A stretch of DNA of 64,000 bases, from the NCBI GenBank assembly GCA_964036045.1, contig OZ038378.1, positions 129,146,001 through 129,210,000 on the forward strand, written 5' to 3'. This document shows positions 36,418 through 46,100 of this stretch, one piece after another; within the stretch, counting starts at the first letter, position 1, and the number at the start of each line of letters is the position of its first letter. The position numbers and the translations under genes are program-made. The notes under the pieces were generated by a model. The model made no database searches, was not told where the DNA came from, and saw nothing but the letters and a program-made list of their open reading frames with translations. Source of the DNA: Eutreptiella sp. 'Long Island Sound 2002' (taxonomy: Eukaryota > Protista > Euglenida).

Positions 36418-39400
36418 ATGAGTGAACCAGGGTCGCCAGAACGTCCAACACCAGACGCAGAGGCCATGGAGTTGTCACCAGTGACCGACCAAGGGGACAC
36501 GCCGAAGAAAGGACGCAAAAAGAAGGGTGAGAAGAAGCCAATACCGGAGATGAAGCTCACAGTCGACGTGCCACAGTGGCTGCGGCAGGAGAATGGTAAA
36601 GCCGTGAAGGTAAATATTGCCGATTTGAGAATTGACAAGACCAAGGAGCGCGGACAGATCCGATCCATCAACTATGACGACGTTGCCAGGAACGTGACGG
36701 GATACCAAGCACTGCCACCAGCTGGACCGTTGCCCTTAACGGCGTGGGAGGATAGTGGTGTGACTCGCTTCGCGTTCGATCGAAGACGTTTCTTCTCTTT
36801 GCTTCGGTACATGATTTGCTTTGCAGATTGCTCACTTTACGTTCTGAATGGTCAACATGGCACAGAAACATGCAGAAAGATTCAGGAACTGCGTCTCGCA
36901 GAAAGCAAAGAATTGGAGGACTGGCAGGAGTTTTGCTACGTTGACATTCTGAAGTACGAGACGCCTTGAAGGATCCGGGCCAAAGTTGCAGGATTGCAAC
37001 AAGCTGGCAGCCAGTCTGTGACGTGGATTCCGCTGTCTGAGGCGCTGGACAACAGGTTGTTGTACATTGACAACCAGAAGCAGGAAAAAGAGCCACAAGA
37101 TTTCGAGCGGTTCAAGATTGCTGTTGTCCAGGCTGCCGTCAACTCTGCGTTGCTTGCATCCGAGGCTTTGGAGGAAGCAGGACACACAGTATGTATTCGT
37201 GTATCGCACGGGTACAGTGCGCGACGCCTCGCGCACTCCATGACACTATTTTCCCTCGCAGGACTTGACATTCATTAACTGGAGAGACATCTTCTCCCTG
37301 GCGTATTACTGCGGCCGTGAGGCGGTTACTGGCATGAAGGACCTCAAGACTAAGAACAGGAAAGAGGAAGTTACAAGGAATGCCTTCAGGAAGCTGGAGG
37401 GGCTGCATCTACCGAGCTTATTGCGGGAAGTCTGTGCGCACATGAAAGTGAAGGACTCGACCTTACGCACCACCCAGAACTACATTGACGCGCAGATTAC
37501 AGATCAATGGGTTATTTTCCATCTTGACCATCCGGACAATAAGCAGTATGTCAACCAGACCGCAGGTATGCGTCAGTGTTGCAGATTCAGTGCGCGAGGG
37601 TTCGCGCACTCAACCACCTTTTTCACATCCGTACAGCTGCCGATGCGAAGATCCGAGCAGAAGTCCCAGCACTGGGCACGGCGCAACTGAAAATTGGGCT
37701 GGGAAATTGGGGTTTTTGGGAGGACGCAAAAAGTACGAAGGATGGGTCGCCGTGGCCAAAATGGAAGACGTTGACCAGTGCACCCCTGTGGCAGACTGGG
37801 GACAAGGGCGCACCTCCATTACTGCAGACGCTGGCCGTGCGGAAACAACTGCAAAGGAAGACTGAGGCACCATCATTGGCACCGTCACAGACACAGCTGA
37901 GTACTGGCAATGTGATTAATGTCTCCAAGCAGGACGAGCAAGGGAGCAAATTTGCTTTGACGGCCTGCCGTGTTGAGGATGTTGATAAGACACCGCCAGC
38001 CCGTTTCCGGGATCTGCGGTACCCGTTGTGGGTCATCAACGCTGACCTTTTCGTTGAATATGACTCTGCAGGATTTGTTCCGAAGTGGCTGTTCGATGTG
38101 ATGATGCTGGGGAAAGACGTCATTTTCTATGGCGAGGCTGATGTTGTGCATCGTGGGCGGGCAGCCGGGGGAGGGGGAGCGCATGACCCCAGACGCCCCT
38201 CGCAACGGTAGAAGGCACCCCCCCCCGGGGACGCCCTGCCGCCACCCCCACAACCCCAAGCCAAGTAGGGGGGAACCAGGACCGGACCGTCCCCCCCCAA
38301 GCACGCCAGACGGAGCAAGGGACCGGGGCAGGACACGCGGAGGGGCACGGACCACGTGGAACGGCCCTACCAGCGCCCAGTGCCGGGACCACGCGAGGTG
38401 CGCACGCCACACCACCCAGGGGGGGGGGAGCGGACACCGCGAGGGCGCGAGCGCACACACACGAAAGGGACATGCGGGGACTACCAGAAGGGCAACCGGA
38501 CCGAGCGCGTGGAACGCACAGACCGCGTGGAATGGCGTACGAGCGAGCGAGGGTAAGGGACACCCGGACGGGACGGCCCGCCACACGCAGCGCGGAACAC
38601 GCGGGGCGGGGAGGGGGAAACGAGAGAGACACAACACCAGGTACCGGCCCAAACCCCCCGAACCGGCCGCGAGCGCCGCGCACACACAGACGGGGCACTG
38701 CACCCGCCAAGGCAGTAGTGGCGCACAGCGCCACGCCCCAACCTATAGGCTAGCTAGCCTCCGTGCAAGCCCAAGGGGATCCCTATGGCGACAAGCCAGT
38801 AGCACGGGCCCGGCGGCGCCGGCCCCCCGGGCGACCACGCATTAGGGGGGCGACGCAGTGGGTAAGCGCCCGCAGCCACGGCTGCGAATTGATGCACAGA
38901 CTGGGGAGTGGCGAAACGGGGAAGCCGGGGAAGGACGGGGCTCCGAGCTCTGTGAACCCGGGGGACTCCGCCACCAGGCAGGAGGTGCGTCTTGGAGGGC
39001 CCCCCACTAGGACCCGGTGGGGAGGATATCACCTGGCCCAACCAGGTGGCCCCCCGGGGCCGAAAGGCGTCTAGTACCCGCAAAATCAAATCTCAAACCT
39101 CAAACCTGATGTTGTGCACCGTATTGGCCGCGACATGCATAGGCTCTGGCGTATGGAGAAGGACAAGGATTCAACCACAGTGCCATTCTAACATGTTCGG
39201 TTGCCGGTATACTCTTGGTTATCGGGTCCCGTGACCAGCAGTACGTATCAGTCCGACGAGCACTATATGTGGAAGGGAACAACGAGTCGCTGGAATAAGC
39301 AAGTACATCTGCTTCAATCGCCTGTTACGAAGACGTCGCATGCGCGACGCCTCGCGCACTGCTGCCCCCGTTTTTCGTCTTTATTCATCACATTTACAGT

Positions 39401-40340
39401 TGCCGAACTATGTGTCGTATTCCGCTGGACATTTCAAAGAGATGCAGAACAAGAACCTCGGTGGTTTCATGCCTCTGATTCACGTGCTGTGGTACCGGGA
39501 CATATATATTTTAAGCAGTGGGTATGCTGATGCACTGGTTGTTGTGGACGACACGCCTGCCATGGCCGCAAAGATTGCGATGTCCGACGTCTGAACCAAA
39601 ATGGCGTTTCTGGCTGTGTCAGCGATCACGCAAAAGGACCTTGGGAATGCCGTTGGAGGTGCTCTGCAGCATGCAATCATCATGCCGTACATGTTGGAGG
39701 CTGATCAGACAGAGCAGGGAGCAACAGCTGCAACTTGGGATGCTCAAGAAGAGTGGCTTCAGCGTGGCGTTCCAGTGTGGGTTTTGGACAGCAACCGAGG
39801 GCATGAAGGGCAACAGCAGGTGCATGCTGCAGAAGGCGTCCAGGAAGATGTTGTGACTGAGGCCCCCGCTGACGACACTGAGCCTGTTGCGCCTGCATGT
39901 ACCCTGCCAATGCAAGCCAAGGTGAAGAAGACTGCCAAAGTTATACCAACTCAGGGTACTGCAGCCGGAAAGGGAACCCCCTGGAGTAGCAAGAAGCAGG
40001 CAAAAGTAAAAGGAAAGGAATCGGACAAGCCCGCGGAATCAGACAACGAGGATGCCGACGAGGAGGAGGAAGAAGAGGATCCAGAGCAAGTACTGGAGAC
40101 CCAGCAGAAGCGCAAGCGGGCACCCGCCGCTCACTTCGATGCAAGCCCCGAATCTGGTAAGGAACACCCAAAGAAGGAAGCGAAGACTGCTGCCAGTGTT
40201 AGTGCAGAGTTCAAGCCGCCCTCGCGTTCTGGTGCCCAGCTGTCTAGTGGTACCGTTGCCTCTCGAAGTGGGACAAGTGCGGTGGCAAGAAGCCTGGGTT
40301 CCAGGTTTGCTAAGGTTGCTGGACCGAAGAAGAAATATGT
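36418..40340 (+). pseudogene. Spliced cargo gene (~880 aa): ParB/Srx-like N-terminal domain, possible methyltransferase-like middle region, acidic/basic low-complexity tail. Exons 36418-36757, 36827-37188, 37262-37565, 37637-39302 (interrupted), 39400-~40340
   Basis: Four GT-AG introns (36758-36826, 37189-37261, 37566-37636, 39303-39399) whose removal keeps frame at every junction. GQIRSI...PPAGPLPLTAWEDSDCSLYVLNGQH motif; in-frame stops at 36967, 39189 and 39592. The 3' end is uncertain. Confidence 0.75.
38155..39105 (+). mobile_element. 5'-truncated non-LTR-type fragment with (CTCAAAC)n-like tail, inserted in exon 4 of the cargo gene
   Basis: TSD CTGATGTTGTGCAyCGT at 38138-38154 and 39106-39122; tail caaaatcaaatctcaaacctcaaac; removal restores the frame (EADVVHR|IGRDMH); inverted homologue at 62681-63600. 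Confidence 0.9.
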
Positions 40341-42337
40341 CACCATTAACCCAAGTGTTTCGCCTCTTTTTGCAGTCATGTGTGCGCGAGGCCTCGCGCA
40401 CTCGCCTTCGACGCGAATGCAATTATATGCCCTTAAGGGCTTGTACATTTTTGCCGAGCTTTTATTTCAGTGTTTGTACGTTGTGCACTTCCTGTCCTGT
40501 TTTTGTTGCCTTCTGTACACAATCGGTTCCATGACCTTGAGTGCGCGAGGCCTCGCGCACTCAGGTACACAAAAAAGCAATTTATTTCGCAGGACAAACA
40601 TAGGTGCAAGTGGACACCCGCAGAATGTCATTTTTGAAAATGAGCTCCCGAACAGGCACGCACCAGTTGGGTTTTGAAATACAATAACAACAAGATTGGT
40701 AAAACACACCCTTCAAATCTGAAAATATAATAGCTTATTTTAATAAACAAAAAGTGGAAAAAAGCAGCAAATTGTGTAAAATTGTATTTCTTTGGGTGGT
40801 ATCTGGGTCATGTGTGCTGCAAATGTCCAAAAAAAATATTTTTTGGGCAGTCATTTTTTAGATCCTTCTCTTCCAAAAGGGGGTGCAGTTTGCGTGGGCT
40901 AAGCATTTGATTGCCGTATCTCCCTAACCTCATGTCTTTCCAAGAAGTAGGTCGATTCTGTGCAATCAGTTTGAACCATGTGAGAGTGTAGACTAATGGT
41001 TTGCTTTCGGTACAACATGTCAAGGGTATCTTCTAGTGGAAGCTGGTGGGAGATGTGGTCTGCTCATGGTGTAGTCAGATTCTTGGTTCATTTGACCCTT
41101 GCCGTGTGCTTGACCAAGCGCCTGCCTTTCCCTCAGAGTCGACGTCACGTCTCCAACTCAGGTGAGCTTGGGACCATCCCTCTCCATGTGGGGTGCAAGG
41201 CAATCGGCTCTCTCCTTCAAAGTGCTTAGGCAACCTCCTCTCCTCTTGGGATAGGGACCCTCTCCTCTCCTCTTGGGAAAGGGACACTCTCTTCTTGGGA
41301 TAGGGATACTCTCCTCTCCTCTTTGGATAGGGACATTCTACTTCCCCCACGGATAGTGATTCTCTTCTCCACCCGGGATAGGGACATTCTCCTCTCCCCA
41401 TCGGATAGGGACTCTCTTCTCTCCTTGGGACAGAACTCCATGGATGTGCTCTGATTGGACCCGGGATATCTCTCCTTGTGCACTCACTCTGCAGGCCGGG
41501 TCTAGGTCTCTACATGTGACCCGGGGCATTTGCTTATCCAATTCTCTTACCCAATCCCTCTCCAAGTGCATGCGTGCTCTCATGGGTCATGGTCAGGCGA
41601 AATCCTCTTTCCATACACATGCTCTCCTCGATTGGGTTATGGGAAGGTGCAGCTCTTCAGGGCATGGATTGGTGAAGGTCTCTCCTAGGGCAATATATAT
41701 GTGCTCTCTTGAGGCGGGACTCCCTCTCTTCGGGATAGGACAATCTCCCCATGGATATACTCTCACGGTTGTTCGAGTATACATTCTCTTTGGATTTGGT
41801 TGGGGAATGGAGGTGCCATGGGATGAGGTTGAGAGGTATTGGGGAACCAGGTCCGTGTGGGACTAGGGAGGAAACCCCGGAAGATCTCTTGGTTGTTGAT
41901 CCATGTTTTTCGGATGCTTTGGTGTGATCAAGTATAATCTTTCCCTCTCCGTCCATCCATTGAGCACCTGGGTTGCATGTGCATGCTCGCCGGTGAGTGC
42001 ATTTCATGTCTCGCGATTGCTTTGCCATTGACCTCAAGGGTTGGTGAATCATGTGAGGTTAATTCTCCTTTGCCATGTTCCATGAGGATGACCATGACCT
42101 TCAAGACCATTGAGAGGTTGAGCATTTTGGTTTTAGCTAATTATCGCTGACTGCTTTGTATGTCATTTGATTTTGGTGTACATACTCTTATCTTCTTTCA
42201 TGTTAAGCGGCAAAGGTTGTACGTTTGTTTGTGTATTGCTGGCAAGCGGTCAAGATGTGGATTTTGATTGATTTTCAATGCTTTGATTTTGTGCAGCCGC
42301 GTGCCTAGGGAAGGACCACCCCCTAGGACACTCGTCA

Positions 42338-43179
42338 ATACCATGCCACTGTCACAAGTCTGGTAGGCTGCGAACTTTGGTGAAATTCCCCTAACTGAGA
42401 AACAAGGGAGAAAACAATGCAAATAAGTCCCACATAGGGTTAGCCTAGGTCCAGGGAAGTGCAGGCACAAAGGATCTGTGAAAGATGTGGTTGTCCTAGA
42501 AGGCCTGGCGCTACCTCCCCCTCAGGTTGGAACAAGGCAACCAACTTCAATACCCAATTTTTGGGATCATTTTTTAGGGACCACAAAAAGGGCTTAGGCA
42601 TAAGTTCCTGAGTCAGATTTGAAGTTCAAATTGAGGTGACATATCAGCTTGGTCCGATCCCATAAGGGTGAGCTCTAACCCAAACTCCTCAAATATGAGC
42701 AGTCGACACTGATGATAGGCCATTAGTGAAATATTGGCCCAAATCCAGAAGATGGCCTAACGTTTGCATGGTCTAGAAGTGACCTGATGAAATTTGGAAA
42801 TTTGCAACAAAATTCGAGAGAAAATTGAAAACAGTGAGCCCATGTACTACTAACCCTCCAATGAAATGCTCAGTACAAACTAGAGAGCACAATTGAAACA
42901 TATGAAAAGACCCCAAGGTGCAACTCCTCATGAGTTCTTTACTGTTTACCCGCCAACTGACTACGTGACAGGGTGGTTTTCAGTGTCCATAATGTACATC
43001 TCTGGGACCATGTAAAACCACTATCCTATACACTTGGCCGACTTGGTTCCAATGGATTGGATACGTGATAGAACACACAAATACAAGTTCATCTACCCAA
43101 CGTCGAAAGATTGGGGACGTGTTTGGTCAAAGAACAAGGAGATTTGGCCCAGAGACCCAAAGTAACCAAGTGGGTGAAG
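42338..43179 (-). repeat. Repeat H copy 1, middle piece
   Basis: Colinear with ~57657-58495. Confidence 0.85.
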
Positions 43180-46100
43180 GTAGGTAGGTAGGTCATCTCG
43201 GGACTGGGGTTGCCCCGCAGGGCGGGTCTTACCAAGAGGCTTTTGCTCACCCACCCACAGCCCTACTGCACGTGCCCCCACAAAGCGGCTCCCCCACATG
43301 GGGGAAGGGCGTGGTTGCCGCGAGCAGTACCCCACGGCAGGTTTTGCCCAGAGAGGTAACCCATGTTAGACCGAGGTCTCACATTCCTCTCCCTTGGGAG
43401 GATGATACGTGGGGGAGGGTCCCATCGCGCATCCTCATCAACCTCCAGATTCTGGGGTCCAGGGACCCGGAGCCAGGCCATAAGCCCTATCCTGCAGGGA
43501 CCCCCACCTGGGTTGGTTTTCAGTAGCCGTGAGGCGACTTGAAGAAGCACGTGCTACGGGACTCGCATGCCGTGACGCACACTCACGCATCCTGACTCCG
43601 TCGAGCTTGCGCTCTCCCAGGGGGCCGGGGGTTTGAAGTAGTTCGTTGCCGTAGGTTCGTTGGTGGTGTAATGGTAGAGTCGCGGTGTGCTGTTGTGTCC
43701 GTGGGTATGGTCATCAGCGGGCCTGGCTCACGGTGGTGTCGCCAACCCGTGGGACGCCGTTCCCTTATTAACCCTTGCATGTCCGGCTGCTTCGTTGTTG
43801 GCCGGCTTGCGTGTGGTCTGTTTATGGTCGCGTCGTTGTTGCCGCACCTGTTTGGTTAGTGCTTGGGTGTGTCAGCCGCCTTATGGTCACCTTTTTCATC
43901 GTTGGGCTTTTTCTGCTGCTGCCGGCGCTGTCGTATCCTAGGCTGTCATGTAGACGATGGGTGCGCAGTGGGCTCTGCGCGCAGCCCGTTATGGTCAGTC
44001 GCTGTGGCCTTGGGGTTGGGGGTTCGAAGTAGGTCGTTTTGGTTGGTTGGTCGGTTGTGGAATGGTGAATTCTCGGCGTTGTGATGCGTTCATGGGTATG
44101 GTCACCGGCGGGCGTGGCGCAGCATGTTGTCGCCAACCCATGGGATGCCGTTCCCGCTTCCGCCCTTGCATGCCTGGCCGGTTGGGTGTTGGCTGGCTTG
44201 CGTGCGGTCTGTTCATTGTCGGGTTTTTTTTTTGCAGCAGTTTGGTCGGTACCTGGTTGTGTCAGCCGCCTTACGGTCGACCTGTGCGTCCCGGGGTTGA
44301 TTGCGCTGCAGCCCGCGCCGGTGTAGCCAAATGTTGCCTTTGTTGTCTTCTTCGTTTGTTGTGAAGTTTGCTGTGGCCGGCCTGTCCGGTGTGGTGGATG
44401 TGTTGCGACCGGGGCGCGCCCGGTGCGTGGTGTTGGTTCGCCGGTGTCGTGGCTGCCAGTGGTCGGCCCGTCGCGGGTTGTGTGGTGGTCCGTATGGGCC
44501 CGGCCAGCCGTGTTTGGTTGCTGTAGCTGTCCCCTACGTTATTTTGTTTCCCGTCAGGCATGTTTTTTTGTGGTTTGCCCGGTCTCAGGACGGCCGCGCG
44601 TGTGGTTGTTGTGTTGTTGCCAGTACTTTGGTTAGTATGCCGTCGTCTTGGCCGCCCGATGGTCGGCTTGTCCTGCCGTCGGATGCGTTGGGCCGTGGTG
44701 GCCGTGTAGTGTCGGTTCCAGTTGTTCCAGTTGCGTTGGGCCGGTATGGTACGTTTTGACGGTGCGTTCCCCCCTCATGGTGGGGCGTGTCCTCAGGGGG
44801 AGAAAAGTAGCGACAATTGGTACGACCTCTGAGAAACGTTTTGAAATTCGGTACGACATGCCCTGTCCCACCCTGCAGGCATTGTTACAAGCACAACCCA
44901 TCATCTGGTATTTCGCAGTGCCCTTCGGCTGTGCTTTGAGCTTCGCTTGTGCCGATCATATGTACACCGCTGTCGGTGGCAAGGCCCCTTGGGTCCCCAT
45001 CGGTGCATCTCTGTGCTCCTGTTGCAAGCCCCAGGGTGCTGCGCTTGCTCGGTGGTGCGGTGCTCGTTCTTGTGTTTGCAAGCCTGTCGTGTGCCGTTTC
45101 ATGCCGTGTCTTGCGGGTCCGGTGGTGTGCGTGTCGGTGCCTCAGTGCAGTTTGCGGAGGTTAGGGTTGCCTGGTTCGTGCTCTGGTGTCGGGGCATCCT
45201 GTCTGGCGCGGCAGGATGGGCTCGGCGCAACACACCCGTGTTCGCCAGCAGGAGCCGGCGGGCTTGTGGGTCCCGCACGGTGAGCTCTTGGCCCCCTGCG
45301 TGTACCTGGTAGGCTTCAGAAGGCATGAGGAATGCTGGTCAGTGTAGAGACCCCCTCTGGCTCCTTGACGCTGTCAGCTTTCTGGGCTGCGGGGAACGTG
45401 TCCCTCGCGGCATTCTCGCAGGTTACATGTGCCCAAGCCGCCCCAGCGCTCCAGGCGTTTAACGTTCTTGGAGGAGGTGCGTGTCAACTCCAGTGGCGCA
45501 CGTATCCCTTGACCCTCACCCTGGAAGGTAACGTTCTTGACAGCTTCTTGATAACATTCCCGTGGTCATCTGCGAGCCCGTGGGTCCCGCTTGTTTGGCT
45601 GCCCTCTTGGCCCGGTCCATCGTGTGCCCGGCTTGTGGGGGAGGAAGGTTAGGCGGAAGGACAGTTCCGTGTCGGGCCCCGTCCTCTTCTCTGACGTTGA
45701 TGGATTGCGGGGGTCTGCGGAGCGTGGCCCCCGCCGGGGGGATGTGGGAGGAATTTGTTGGGCTTCGGCGGCTTCGTTGGGTCAGTGTTCGTGCTCCACA
45801 TCATGGGCCGTAGGGCAGCCAAGGCTAGCCCGCATTCGTTGGGTGTCCGCTGCATGAGGCGGGCAGTTCGACGCCTTTCTCGCCGGCGTGCCCAACCGAC
45901 AGGCGTTGGCCGAGTGTGTTGCGCGGTCGCGCGTTGTCGGGATGTACGAGGGGGTCCTCCTGGGCAGGGTCCGCCTGCCTGGGGTCGTCGTCGTGGACAG
46001 CCAGTCCCGCAGCCGCTGGTCTGACGTCCATCGGCAGGGCCTCCGGTGAGACGAGGTGATCCCGGGGTTGCCATATCATCTCCCCATCTGCAGGTGGCCG

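Larger units (their letters stand above)
33286..40563. repeat. Dispersed 22-bp palindrome AGTGCGCGAGGCCTCGCGCACT, 10 copies (33286, 33511, 33696, 36180, 36237, 37216, 37589, 39339, 40381, 40540)
   Basis: Each copy has 0-3 mismatches. The last extends to a perfect 26-bp palindrome (40538-40563). None was noticed outside the TIR element. Confidence 0.95.
33091..40903 (+). mobile_element. TIR DNA transposon, ~7.8 kb (~6.85 kb without the nested insert), unclassified/Academ-like
   Basis: TIR CTTAGCCCACGGAAACTGAAC (33091-33111) versus the reverse complement of 40883-40903, CTTAGCCCACGCAAACTGCAC (19/21). TSD CATTT at 33086-33090 and 40904-40908; the empty site is visible in the two other LTR copies. 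Confidence 0.93.
18015..42337 (+). mobile_element. Ty3/gypsy (chromovirus-like) LTR retrotransposon B, full length but decayed, with nested insertions
   Basis: LTRs begin TGACGCGT and end ACTC(G/C)TCA (short inverted termini). 4-bp TSD ATGC at 18011-18014 and ATAC at 42338-42341. Domain order gag-PR-RT-RH-INT-chromo; PPT before the 3' LTR. Confidence 0.92.
31903..42337 (+). repeat. 3' LTR of element B, split by the DNA transposon (pieces 31903-33090 and 40909-42337)
   Basis: Joining gtgtcCATTT (33090) to gattgccgtatctccc (40909) restores the LTR sequence seen at 9549-9575; ends ctcgtca at 42337. Confidence 0.9.

Noticed and set aside
40341-40677. C-terminal extension of ORF 39601-40677
   Set aside because: It runs through two palindromes and T-rich subterminal sequence with non-protein-like composition; the true end is probably near 40340.
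44648-45652. Plus-strand ORFs 44648-45283 and 45332-45652 that look partly protein-like
   Set aside because: They are antisense to the element, show no recognisable motif, and long ORFs are expected by chance at this GC content.
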